Source of the DNA: Neodothiora populina
Taxonomy: Eukaryota
Assembly (NCBI RefSeq): GCF_041146345.1
Contig: NW_027191419.1
Coordinates: 744,001-808,000, forward strand
Direction of reading: 5' to 3'
DNA: 64,000 nt
Within the stretch, counting starts at the first letter, position 1. Each line of letters opens with the position of its first letter. Below, piece by piece: positions 1 to 12,951 of the stretch. The notes below the pieces were generated by a model. The model made no database searches and was not told the origin of the DNA. It saw nothing but the letters and a program-made list of their open reading frames with translations. Made by a program: the position numbers and the translations under genes.

Positions 1-577
1 CCGTCAATTCCATCACCTACCTGACACAAGTCCCGTCCTCTTAATAAGACCAAGCAGATAAATCGAGAAGTGCTGATATGGCAGCTTGGGTCGGAGCCTG
101 TAAGTCTGGCCTGGAGATGCCGAGGACAGGGGAACTCGTCATTTATATCGGACGCGCCCGGGATGCTTCTTGGTGTATTAACTAAATCTCGATACTAGAG
201 AGGAAGGAGAAGTGGAATTAAGATAGAGGTGTATTCTATATTCGTATCATCGGAGTCTGGCTTGGGTACGATCAGCTCGCTAATCGTTCACATGATTTTG
301 GACAGTGTATAACACTGCCACGATGTCTGTTTTGCAGCTTGTACCGCCACGGCTCACTGTCTGGCTTTGCTGCGGCATATGTAGTCGTTCTTGTCTCGTC
401 GGGTTTCCTGGATGACAGATTGAATGCATCGCGTCAAGTAGAAGGCTGCGGGTTTGGTGGATTGGATTCGGCTCTATGTACCTAGTCTTGACTGGGACCT
501 TTGCTGGAAACTCTAACGGAGTCGTACAATGTGAACGACTACAAAGCATGAACACGACCATCCTTTTTCAAACAACC

Positions 578-3366
578 TCAGTAATCAACCGTCTTGATTT
601 CCTTTCTGATGGACTCGGGCAGCTCCTCTTCCTTGACGAAGCCGAGTTTGATAGCGTCGCCCCAGAAGAACATGGCTCGGTCGCGGGCATAGCGAAGATA
701 GTCAAACTCTTCTTCAGCCTCCTCGTCGTTCTCCTCGACGGCATCCGGACGCTTCGCCTCGATGTCTTGACGCATCTCCTCGATCTCCGTCTTGTCGGAG
801 TCGGAAGCGACTTCGGTGTTGCCATTCTCGGTCAATTGCAGTTTCTTCATGCTCTCTTCAGCAGATATCTCGTCTGGCGAGGCAGATAAGCCAGCCAAGG
901 TGTTTGGCGTTTGAGCTGCCGACGCAGATGGTGAGAACAGAGGCAGGCCCGGTACTTTTGCCTGCACGATTCCCCATGCGACCCATTGTGCAGTGTTGGC
1001 CAGTCTCCACAGGCGGGTCTCTTGTAAGAGTGACTTGACTTCCGCATCTTCGACGGCCGAAGTCTCTTCCTCCGCTTTGTGTAGGGAGTCGCTGGAGCCA
1101 GCGGGGTTGCGAGCGTCCAGCATGAAATTCGAGATGCTCGAATTGGGTCCCTGCGGTCTCTTTGGTGCATCGCTAGACGTGTCGACGTGCTGGGTGGGAC
1201 CCAACTTGGGCGTGGAAACATTGAACTGTGGTCTGTGACGCACGTATGCCCTAACGAATCTGTCCTGCTCGTCTGGTGTAGGATACACCTTGGTGTTGCA
1301 TTTCCAGGCAAACTGGGGGTCGTGGTAATTGTAACACCATTCAGTGAAATGATTGGCGAATTCGAGCCCAGGGGTATTGGCACTGGCATACTCGAAATCG
1401 ATGACGATCAGCTGCTTGTGAGTATTGGCGGGAAGCAAGAGCGGTGACGTTCCGGCGGGCAACAAACGCAGGATGTTGCCATATTGAGTCTAAACAACGT
1501 CAGTCTCGGCATTGAGCACAGGAATCATGAAAATATACGTACGTCGTTGTGTGCAAAGACCAGCCTCTGACGGAGTTGATCGGGCTTCGCGTACTGATCC
1601 TCAAGCCATCGGCGGTATTTCTCCAAGGTGGACTTGAAGAAACCCCATTCTGTACCACAGACAAAGCCGCGAGTCTTCCAGGCATCAGCACCATCATGAC
1701 TCTCCTCAGCGACTCCAGACGAGACTTCTTTGTCGAGCCATGATGCTACATCACCTACGCGCTGGACCCATTTGTCCCAGTTCCTCCACACGAATGGACC
1801 ATCATCACGTTCACGTTCCAGCAGGTCCACGCCTTCGTGTAGCTCGCGCATACGCTTCGCGATGTGCTTACTGGTATCAGGGTTGCGAAGATCACTCGGT
1901 GTCAGCGTACGAGCGTGGAAGAATTCCTCGAAACGGCCATTGCTGAAGGTGCCGAGCATACGAGGTCCAATGCGTTTACGAGCCAGGCGTCTCAAAATCT
2001 GCAGCTCAGCTTCTCGGTCGATGAGGTGCTCCACTTGCGGTCCATAAATCCGAAGAAGAAGCTTGGGAGGTGGCGGCCTTGCAGACTTAGGCTTACCGTC
2101 GCCGTCAACATTAGAGGACCTGTTTTGGCTTGGGATGTTCTGCGGTGGAGAAACCACATAAACAGCATTTGTGAGTGCACCACTCAGACGATCTACTTCA
2201 ATTTCGTTGCTCATGTCCATGGGCACTCTGCGCCACCCCTTTAGGCGTAAGGTATGGGTCAATCGTACGATTTCGTATCTGAATGTCGCCCACGCCTGGG
2301 ATGAGGATTTCGAGGACTCGATGTTTGAAAGATCATCGGTAGAAACACCACCACCAGAATAGGCAAGAGTTTTGCTGTTGTCGAGCCAAGCCTCGGCCGA
2401 AGGAACTAAGATATCACCATCATAATATTCCGTGTCAGACGACGCGCCTGTATTGTTGGACGACCTATGCAAGCTCTTGACGGAGGGTCGCTTTCGATGG
2501 TGCACTTGGGAAGGACGACGTCGGTGGCTCGACCTATCGAAAGAGAAGCTCTCCTTGAGGATTTGCTCTAGTCTCGCAAGGTCGGTACTGTCACTAGAAC
2601 TTGACGAAGATGTACGTGCGAGCTCGTTGTCGTCACCAACAGCGGCAGCAGCATCGGCCTTGACCTGTCTCGCAGCCCATTTAGCCTTTCGCTTGGCTTT
2701 GCGAGCTGCTCTCCTGGTCCGCTCTTCGCGGATCCAGTCAGTCACCTGGCCAACAAGACCGCCGCTGAACATGTGGTAGTGCTCAGAGGTCGAAGGACGA
2801 GAGTCTTCGTCTACCTGACCGTCACCAGAATCACCAAAGGACGCCAGGGATGTGACCGAGGCATTGTGAGAACGCCTGCCAGAGAGACGTTTCGATCCAG
2901 GACCTTTGGCTATGTGTGGACGAGGTCCACTCGGAACACGATCAAGTTGAAGCTCATCCACATCTTTGCCAGCACCAAGGATCAAAGGAGATATGGTCTC
3001 TGCATGCGGTGCAATCGATACGGCTACACGAAACACGATAAGCACATGCTGCTATACGGAGGCGGTGTAAGGGTGAGCCGCCCATTTGAATCGTTGCTTT
3101 CGGGATGGGGCGACCACACACACGTTACACAAACTCTAGAAATAAACGCAGAACTGCACACGCAAGGCACAGGGGGTACATGCAGACGATCAAGAGTTTG
3201 GCGCTGCATCTTGGTCTGTGATATTTGAAGAAAAATACAGAGAATACGTACATTTAGGAGTAGCCCGTGGGGATATTGCATGATTAACACCCAAGAGGTT
3301 TGATGGTGAGATTGGTTCATCGTTCTTCAGAATGCCTTGCACCTTGGGTGATCGACGTTGAGCCAT
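578..3366 (-). CDS. CKI1: Choline/ethanolamine kinase, 3 exons (3366-3252, 3023-1543, 1489-578)
   Basis: Motifs RLSGALTNAVY, LLLRIYG and GRFEEFF. The Brenner motif HNDTQYGNIL is restored by removing intron 1490-1542 (GTACGT..CTGAC..TAG). IDFEY and EFANHFTEW follow. First intron 3024-3251 (GTACGT..GTAG) gives an in-frame join; the 5' exon is less certain. Confidence 0.92.
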
Positions 3367-4023
3367 TGCTGACGCCAAAGTAAGGTGTTTCCTGGCGGAG
3401 GTGACCGTGGAAGAGCCACTTTAGCAGTTGTTCGCACAATTGCGGAGATTGTCAATACACCACTGTATAGCCCGATTGCAAATGATATCGAATTGACTGA
3501 AGAGGAGTCAATGAGGCGGAAAATGAGGACAAAGGCTCAAGGGCAAAGGCCACGCTTCCTGTTTTCTTGCTCTTGACTGCTCTCAAAAGTTGGATAACTG
3601 TGCCAAGAGCTGTTTTGATAAGGGCGGAGCAGGATTGTGCAAGGGTCCCACACTTGCATAAGTGGCGACTACCAGCCACATGTCAGGGAGAATTGGTTCG
3701 TATCAACTGTGGCTCGGTTTGGCGCGTGATCGCAGAACACGGGCCTGTTCGGTGGTTTCTGAGAGGACGTTCAAACCACGTCGAATTGCAGATAGAGCCA
3801 CAGCAACTGTTTCCTGACGTTCAATGCCATGTTAGCATGACGCGACTTTCCTTGGCGTTAAGATACGGCAACCTTGGACCTTGAAGGCGGTCGTCCGGTT
3901 TTGAGGCGTAGCTGTCAACGGCGATATGTGATAGTCAGATGAATAAGCTAGGTACAAACGTCGATATTTCGGCAGTGTAGTGTTGTCTCGCTCCATCGTC
4001 AAAGGAAAATGAGACAAGGATAC

Positions 4024-4055
4024 CACGTGCAACTTGCTTCCAGCATTATCACGTG
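4024..4055. promoter_or_regulatory. Pair of CACGTG E-boxes in the divergent intergenic region between the choline kinase and the protein kinase
   Basis: CACGTG at 4024-4029 and 4050-4055. bHLH binding is inferred only. Confidence 0.35.
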
Positions 4056-5370
4056 TGGCGTATAAGGGAAATCATCGGAGTGGCAAGGTAAATAGATATT
4101 CTGTGAGTTGTTCGAACAGACTGCTCTAAAACGCTGGCCTCATAAGGTAATCTCTATGTAAGGTATCGTGGCGGGCCCGGTAAAGTCGGTGTTGTCCTCC
4201 TTGGTACTGTCAAATGTAACCGAAAACGCATTGATGTAGTGATCTTGACAAGCAAGTAGCACCATAATCATTCATCGGGTCAAGAACAAACACACGAAAC
4301 GACTCGTGTTAAAATGGTCCGTTAATGATACGCAGGGGGAACAAACAGGTACTGGAATGGCTTCGACGTTACCTTAACGCCGTGTGGAGCCCAGGCGAAG
4401 ACTGTAGCATACAAAATGGATAAGATAGTCGGTTTAGATTGTAAACGGCTTATCGCGGATCTGCCGCACCGAGCTTTTGCAAGAATAGAAACTCGACTAC
4501 GATTCCACCTCGTCTCATACTGTCCACCTCGAGTTACAAAGTCTACCTTCTTTCAAGTCAAGAAAGCCAAAGCAAAGAGGCAAAAGATGCCAATATCCGT
4601 CCAGATCTCGATCAGAAACAGGGAACGAAAGACAGTACAGCCGCATGTAGTCAAGGTTTCAGCAAGAGCCAGGGCAAATTAACCCTGAAATACGCCCGAC
4701 GTCGTCATAGCACCGTGGACGTTTGGGTGATTCGAGAGGTGGTGAGGGAGGTATGATGTAGCCACAAATCGTGTGGTTAGGTCCTGTTCTGCTCTCGGCC
4801 TGCTCTGTCCGAGTGGCACTGAGAGGCAGCTTTCCGTGGTAAGGTCCATTTCAGGTACCACCACATCGAGCATTGAGCACGTGTACTGTGACAACAGCTC
4901 CAATCGGATACGGATAGCACAACTGACTTCACAAGAGGCAAGTATGTGGAGCAGATCGGGTTCATCCTTCTGCACACTCCATCTACATTCCCACTTTTCC
5001 ATCCATAGCTTCGTCAGAAGAGGGTATTTGTAACTCGTCTCATCTTGAACTTCGTTTTGGTCCTCACTCAGCTTCATCTACTTCTACTGTCTAATCACAA
5101 TACAATTGACCAACCATCTCTTCATCAACAACACACAATACGCATACGCATACAACATAATCATACTTCACATATTCTACTGCATTAGCACCACTTTTGA
5201 CTTTGACAAAAACCGGGAAACAGGTCACGGTATCAACTCTGACTCGTCATCGGACTGATAGAGGGCACCTTCCTACTTCTTGAAACGACTGAAGCTCCTG
5301 CCAATTCAAACACCACCGGACGAACAGCATCAACCTCTTTCCTCATTCCATACTCCCACCATCCAAGGCA

Positions 5371-7047
5371 ATGTTAACCGAAGGCGCAACACTCACTGGC
5401 GAATCTGGCAAGACGTATCTCACAGTGTCTAATCTCGGTCAAGACAATGTATGGATCGCTGTCGAGAATGAAACGTCAAAGGTCGTGGTCATCAAAGAGC
5501 CGGGCCAGGATGACGTGAGGCCGGGCTGGCCCAACTTCCAGAACGAGATGATCATGCACGAGTTGTTGAAAGACACGTCGTCGATCAGAAAACAAGTCGA
5601 TCGTATTCCTCCCACAGAACCTGGCGCTCCACCCATGCTCGTCCTCGAGATATTCGAGACGACGCTCTGGACTGCCCGCACGAAGAGGCCTTTCACCACC
5701 TCAGAGCTCAAGTCTGTCACGAAGGCTGCTCTCGTCGGCCTCCGAGATGTGCACTCGCAAGGTCTCGTCTATGCAGATCTCAAGATGCAAAACATCATGG
5801 TTGATGGCTTCGATGTCAACAAACCCTCAGATCCATCTGCTCTTCACGCCAAACTCGGTGATCTGGGTATTGTCATGCCACCTTCTAATGGCAAGGTACA
5901 GCCTGTCGCTTACCGAGCACCCGAAGTCTTCTTCAAAGGAGAAATCACCTCCAAGGCCGACATCTGGGGTTGGGGATTGATCTACTGCCATTTGCTCGAG
6001 GCACGCAATCGTTTCACCCAGACAGGTCTCTATGACGGTCTGGTGAGCGCACGCGCTAGCATGTATGAGAAGGAGCAGGCCGTTGGGTCGGCTATTTCCA
6101 ATGACTATGATATTTACAGTGAGGAATACTACCGTACGGTTCCTCTTCCACCACAAGACGAGCATCGGGAGAAAGGCGATCAGTGGGAACTATTGCGAAG
6201 TCGTGGTTTGGAAGAAGGCGAAGTTGACTTTCTGAGGTGGATGATGAGAGCGGATCCAAGGCAGAGGCCTAGCGCTCAACAGATTCTGGACTGCGGCTGG
6301 CTCGATAAGACCGAAGACGAAGTCGCTGCCGGTTTCCAGGTGCCGGCGAACGGGGCTGGACGAGTGTCCTTGGAGTTCGATCCAAGAAGAGACTCAAATC
6401 CCGATCAAGCCGCTGCCAACCAGGCTTCAAATGACACGCGACAGTCCACGTCTGGTGGAGAGCAGACCAGGCCAAATGTCAGTGGGACTCAAAACATGTC
6501 ATACACTACACAGAGCACTTCATCGAACTTTAGTTCGCCACCACCCGTTGAGCAGTCATCGGTGACGGCAGCTCATCAGGGTCAAGCTGGAAATTCATTC
6601 AGTACGCCCTATACTTTTACAAACGCCGCCCCAACGTCAACCCCTTTTGACAGCGCTTTTGGTAACACGCTTGGCCCAAGCGACGCTGTCGGCTCAGATT
6701 CCACTGCTCCGGCTTTTGTCCGTAAGACGTCTGATGTAGTTCAGAGCGCACTGGACGAAGTCTACGCCTCCCGAGCTTTCAAGCGCAATCACAGTCACAC
6801 TAATGATTACGCTGATGTTAAGAAGCCTCGTGAAGAGGCCATCACACCTGAGCTTACAACTCAGAGCATTCCCTACCACACTCAATCGTCGCCACTCTCG
6901 AATTTTGCATGGACAGGAGCGTCATCCGTTCCCCAGTCTGACTCGGCCGCTCCTGCCGCCAACGAAGAACAAACAGCGTCAACAATGGAATCTTCAAGAC
7001 CTGGCCTTTCAACCCAGAACACAGGAACATTCCTGTCTTACCGTTAA
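5371..7047 (+). CDS. Intronless atypical Ser/Thr protein kinase with Ser/Thr-rich disordered C-terminal tail
   Basis: 558-aa ORF with VVIKE, YADLKMQN, KLGDLG, YRAPE, DIWGWG and DPRQRPSAQQIL kinase subdomains. Confidence 0.85.
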   Translation: MLTEGATLTGESGKTYLTVSNLGQDNVWIAVENETSKVVVIKEPGQDDVRPGWPNFQNEMIMHELLKDTSSIRKQVDRIPPTEPGAPPMLVLEIFETTLWTARTKRPFTTSELKSVTKAALVGLRDVHSQGLVYADLKMQNIMVDGFDVNKPSDPSALHAKLGDLGIVMPPSNGKVQPVAYRAPEVFFKGEITSKADIWGWGLIYCHLLEARNRFTQTGLYDGLVSARASMYEKEQAVGSAISNDYDIYSEEYYRTVPLPPQDEHREKGDQWELLRSRGLEEGEVDFLRWMMRADPRQRPSAQQILDCGWLDKTEDEVAAGFQVPANGAGRVSLEFDPRRDSNPDQAAANQASNDTRQSTSGGEQTRPNVSGTQNMSYTTQSTSSNFSSPPPVEQSSVTAAHQGQAGNSFSTPYTFTNAAPTSTPFDSAFGNTLGPSDAVGSDSTAPAFVRKTSDVVQSALDEVYASRAFKRNHSHTNDYADVKKPREEAITPELTTQSIPYHTQSSPLSNFAWTGASSVPQSDSAAPAANEEQTASTMESSRPGLSTQNTGTFLSYR

Positions 7048-8739
7048 ACAAAAAGCGCAAAGACGTATTGATATTGGTTTTTCATGTCTTACGCTTCGTT
7101 GTATTAGTAATCTTATTCTACTATAATCAAGCCAATATGCTTCCCTGTGAATATTGTGTGTACCACATAAAGGTCAACGAGCCCAATCGCTTTTTCACCT
7201 TTCTGTCTCATAAGGTACCTTATCTTGAAGGACTACATTACATCCCTGATTCCAGATCCCGCTCGCTTTCGGGGCGAGCAGTATGACTCTGGGTCAGCAA
7301 CCAGCGCCTCTATCTGTGTCAGTACAATGTGTCAGAATAGTCGCCCCATCTCTCGCATCGGAGTACGTCCTGCCAGCTTTCATATGCGTCGCGTGTTCGT
7401 GCAGCCCACTGCTGTTGCTGATTCTGCCTCCACTTCTGCGGAGAACCAATCGTTGAGTGGGCAGGTTTGCTTGTCTGGGTGATTTAAGCGCCTGAAGTTG
7501 TTTGAGCAGGGATTATTCGGGGCGGAAGGGGTGTGTTTGCCTTATTTCTGGTTTCGAGGGGGAACATGGGACTACCTTATGTGGGGTTTGGGTTTTAGGG
7601 GGGGAGCAATAATGGTCGCGGTCGGTCGGTTGGTAGGGTTATACAACAGGGACAGCAACCTAAAGTAGTCAATTTGGTAAAAATGGTTGAAAGCGAGTTG
7701 TCGAGATTGATCAATAATCTTGTCTTCGAATATAGGTACCTAAGCGAAGTGTATGACGAGGTTGGATTTGAATGATGAGATCCGCTTTCCTCAGAATCGA
7801 ACATCAATTCTCTGCTCTTCTAGTCCTTCTGACCGTCCGATATAGTTTACTATCAATTTATTGCCATGCGAAACATAAGATCGACGAAGCATTGTATCGA
7901 GCAACCACGAGTGCCCTTCTGCGAATCTTCGCGCCTTTGCCCAGCTGGGGTACATCCCTACCCGCCCTTCTATTTTCCTCCTCGACGCCTTCCCAGCTTC
8001 TGTAGCCGCCGCACATGAATCATGCTTCAAGGATGTTTCTATATTCAGAGGAAGATCCATCGCGCCCATTGGTCCAGCACGGAAATCGTTGAGTCCACAT
8101 ACAGTATTTGCGGCTTCTTGTAGCTAAGGTATCTAATTCTGTACAGCAGATCTTTATTCCTTGCGCAATGTCTGGATGAATACTACCCTACACTATCTTA
8201 CTGTACGAATTGCTGCGGATAGCCTCATCTGGCTGGATACCATTGCAGGTTCGGTCTCGACTCTCGTTACGCGCCGATGGGGGGAAAGCAGGGATCGGTG
8301 AAACCAATGGTTTACTTTTTAGTGACTTTGCGTTTGCCATGTGTACTCTGTGTGTTCAGGAATAGAAATGGTTGCCGGACTGCCTGTTTGCCGAAAAAGG
8401 TAGCTGACAAGCCTATATGTCCAAAGGCGTAGTACTATCATGCATATGGTTCTGGTCGGACATCGTCGTGCAGAAAATGGCTATATAGTGGTCGTGTATT
8501 TCCTGCAGACGCCAGCCTTTTTGTTTCTGGGGTTTCTTCTGTTTGGGCTATTTAGTGCATGCTACTTTGCATACGTTCACTACCGACTTCTGGACTTTGA
8601 CTTAGTGCTGCCCTAACCATTCGACATTGGTCTAGTCACGAACTGGCACATCGAACATAGAAGATATTGGAGCTAGTACTTTCTCGACCATCGGTACCGC
8701 TGTATCACTTTACTCCCACGCTTGCGAATCGGCATAATC

Positions 8740-9687
8740 ATGCTCTGTTCAAGTCGAGGGCAATGTGTGCTATGGCTAGTAGTAGCAACAACGATGTCGG
8801 TATCCTCAATGCCGACATGGGAGGATTCGTGGTCGCCACGAGTCCCATACTTTTGGGGAGCGTCACCGCCGTCATCATCGTCGTCTCCAGGACCATCCAC
8901 ATTCATTGATTTCATTGGAAAACGAGGCCAGTCATACGGTCGCGATGGGCTATCCTGTGATCTGAGCAAGGCTTCTCTACCCGTAGGTAAGTGATGATGA
9001 TAACGGCATGAATATATGAGTTGGGCGTCCCCGTACTGACGACCGCTTCTCTCACCAGCACCAACACCACTACCAGCCCCAGATTCTGGTCTTGCCCTGT
9101 TTCAAGTGGCTGTAGGAAGGGGTACACAGAATTACACTTGTGATACGAGCAATACTACTGCTGTGCCAGAGGCTATCGGTGCAGTAGCATCGCTGTATAA
9201 TGTCAGTTGCATCGCTGCCTCAGTGCCAAGTCTACTCGAGAAGATTCCTCCCATTGCATTGGACTTGCCTTCGCCTTCGACCGATATCTCTACATCCTCT
9301 ACATCAGACGGTAATGATGACAGTAATGCTGCTGCCAACGCCGACCTCAGCGGTCATCACTACTTCCTCAACCCCTCAACTCCATTCTTCAACCTTGATA
9401 CCTCGACGCATTCGTATGGTGCAGGAGCATTCAAGAAGATGGACTCTACAGCTGCGCCGGACGATGCTCCTAAAGGCCCTAAGGGCAAAGGTGACGGTGC
9501 TGTCGCTTGGCTGAAGCTCGTCGCCAAAGATAGCAGTTCCAACGAGGATGGAGGGAATGGAAAAGTCTTGAGGGAGGTGTATAGGGTGAACACCGCTGGC
9601 GGGAACCCACCTAAGTCATGTACGGGGATGCCGGCGAGCTTCGAGGTCGAGTACTCGGCTGAGTATTGGATTTATGAGAAGGCATAG
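8740..9687 (+). CDS. Secreted DUF3455-family protein (often mis-annotated as malate dehydrogenase), 2 exons (8740-8986, 9059-9687)
   Basis: Hydrophobic N-terminus. Intron 8987-9058 (GTAAGT..CTGAC..CAG) joins in frame. Motifs VAVGRGTQNYTC, GHHYF, AVAWLKL, VYRVNTAGG.PP and YSAEYW. Confidence 0.85.
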
Positions 9688-12600
9688 TAATGAAGGGTTT
9701 TTTTTGGCACAGTACCCTGCGGTGCTAATATTCTGTTCGGTTATTCTTCACGACCAGCTCCATGAGGTCGGTCAATTTTAGCGAATGCGTGTAATTTCAC
9801 TTCTCTGATCATGCAAGCTTCGTACATTTGTGTTTGCGAAAACCCCTCTGTCTGACGGCAGCATAGCATATGTGATCGACATGTACACCAAATTCGTACC
9901 TTAAAATGATCCAACGCAGTCCCCGATGACGGTGGCGGAGTAGCAAACGCGGGAATTACCTAGTAGTGAGCGCACCTTGACAATGCTAGGCACAGTAATC
10001 CCTTGGTGCTGTACAGCATCGCGTCTACTTTGACCAGGAATCGTATTGATCACGCTAGCATAGCGGCATATTGTTGGGAATACTTGCAACGCAGACGATG
10101 TCTCGACTCGATCTCGGAGTGATTGCCAGCAATGCTGGCCTGGGCGAGCACTACTTACTTGTCAGGTAAAAGCATCAGTGTAGGCTCCTGTTACACGACC
10201 TCCTGGGTGATGAAGAGGCCCTGCCTCATGCAAGCTGGATCATGCACAGTCGTAGGTCGAAACAACGGGTAGGTGGTGTTGCACTGTCGCACAACGTTCC
10301 CCACTGCCTCGGCGACTTGTTCTAGACGTAGCATCATTTACCCCACATCGTTCTTGGATTGCAATTGCAAAGCCGACCTGTGGAAGTGGCTACATTGTAT
10401 GTTGTTTTAACGATATAGACAGGGACTGCTCCTTCTTTCCAAGAGTGCTCACGCAGTCATCCTTGCCTCCAACCATAAAGTCCACTCCGCCATGTCGACT
10501 GCGTTTGACGTCAAAGTAGAAGACTTCATGTCAACCCTGTCTTTGGCGGGGAAGGCTGCTGAAAGTATCCCAAGTTTGGACTTCCATACTCTGATTCACA
10601 CTTAAGGTGCTGTGACGACAAGATCGTGTGATGAGCGGACATCTACAATCGGACCGAGCCCACAGATCTGATTCACCAAGTGAGCTTTGTACATACCACG
10701 TACCTACCTCACAGGACTGGGTGGTCAATGTGGGTCCGAACGGTACACGGCATTCCACGGGACATGTCGAGCATTCCTGCGATACGCGGCACATAAGACA
10801 TATGTAAGTTATCGCATGCACGATCTCCTCACGAGCGAATGATACAGATCGAGTGACTCCCAATGCTTCTCACGATCTCTGGGCGTCTGCAGAGCCGTGG
10901 CGTGTTCACTATCACAATACAGAGTTGATCTATTTCGCGGGATCCTATCGAAGAATGACGCCAGTCGCGCAATTCCGAACGCTTGTAACTTGAACGCACT
11001 TGCATGACCATGGCAGCCCAGGCTATACGGCAATGCGCAGTGTCCACATACATTCCATCCGTGTTCACACGATCAATTGTCATACCGGTATTACCTACGC
11101 CTTTTCTAATGATCATATTCAAGCTCTAAAGTGATCCCATTGATTAGAAGCAATAAGATCCGAGTTCACCTCAATCGACGTTTCTAGTCCGTATGCCTAA
11201 GATCCGGACAGAAGAACGTACAGGCTTCACTCATATGCTCAAGTCATCGCTCTTGGAATTACCATATATGCCGGGCATGCTTGCACTAGCCTATCAAAAC
11301 GAAGCCTAGACCAGAGGACCTCAATTTGTGGAACTCCGGTGCCTTCGGTTGGCACGGAGGAGCTCCTACATCGTGTGATACTTTCATTTCACTGTCTCGG
11401 ATCTTATTTGACGATCTCATCAACTGTATTGCCCAGAGGCCTGCAAGATGAGCTGCACCAGATTCATCTATAAGGGTCGTGATCTTATGGCCGCTGCCTT
11501 TGTGGTTTAGAGGATCTTCGAGCCTGTGTCATTGCAGATAAGATGCCGAGGCTTCAAAGCTACTTGGTAACATCTATTTTGTCCCGAATCCAGCCAGAAG
11601 TGATGCAGACCATGTCATAAGTGAGTGTCTCGACCCCTGCTTTGCTCCTAATTTGTAACATGTCATGTGGAATGCAGCTCATGTAAGGCAGGAAGACGCA
11701 GGTCCAGGTGGATCTTTTCGTCTATACTGGGCGGGCCGTGTCTGAGGTGTGGTTCAGAAGTACCCAGATGCCGTCTGTGATTCCTGCTCGTAGCACAACC
11801 AACGCTTGGCCATCTGATCGTCTTATTACCGTCGTCACTTGAGAAAATCATAGTGATGATGTACGGAGCTTGGCGACTAAGAGAATGTACGTGAAGTTGA
11901 ATTTAAGGTGTGTTCAGTGAGGCGGTAGTCTACCTTTTACATGACAGGCAGCGTGCACGGCTGCGGCAAATGACAGTAGCAACGAAGCATATCTCGCAGT
12001 TATTGTGCCTCCATCGCATTGATGGGTATATGGAAAGAGGCTTGCATTTCGCGGGCAACATGGTGAAGGGCCACATGCAAGTCGAAACGAAGACAGCCCA
12101 GAATCCTGGCAGCCACCTGCTTTGGATTGTCGTACAAGTATCTGACCTGACCAATCCTCACTACGCCTAGTCATGACCTTGGAGCCGATCTGCGTATCTG
12201 TCAACATGGTAGAGACTTTCGGTAAATCTCGCAGATCGCCCGGATACTGCATGCCGTGCCTCCAGACAATAGCTACAAGACTGGTCATTCCTCGAAAGCA
12301 GTATGGCCTGGTAAGTCCGAATGAATACCAACGGATCTCTGCAGCTTTTCAGAACACTATCGACCATTGGAACGGACATGTTAGGGTACTTCTTCCATGA
12401 GGCATAAAAAGACGTTGTGTCCCGTTCCTCAGGACCTTTCCATTTCGTGCTCCTTTGGCTGTTCATTATTTGAGGTTCGGCATTAATTGTTCCATTCGGT
12501 TGGCTTCTTTCCTGTTACTACCATCACTATCAACAAGACTTGGGGTGCCCAGACGCTTGGTAGCCTGTTCCTGCGTCTCTACTTCTTGTACTCCTGATAC

Positions 12601-12951
12601 CCCTTGCATGTCCCGAAACTCTCGAGCAGCTTGGAATGGTGATCAACTCCTTCAGACTTAGCTCCAGAATCATTGGCCAATCTGAGACTACGGTATCCCA
12701 TCTGTCCACTTAATTCGGTGCGTGTGCCCCCATTACAATCGCAAATTGTTGTACATGATACCAGTACCACAAGACTGGACCTACAGGGTATGTCTAGAGC
12801 ATATAACAACCCCGAAGCGATGTCTTCATGATGTTCAACTTGCTGCAAAACACACTCCTTTATTTTCGTTGAAAAAGGCATAGTCCTGCCATCCTGATTG
12901 TCAGCAATTCCACTAACACTTACTATTCTTTCCTTAGAATACTCGAGCATC

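Noticed and set aside
8991..9039. C-box (GTGATGA) and D-box (CTGA) pair in the DUF3455 intron
   Set aside because: Too short for a C/D snoRNA, and the CTGA is the branch site.
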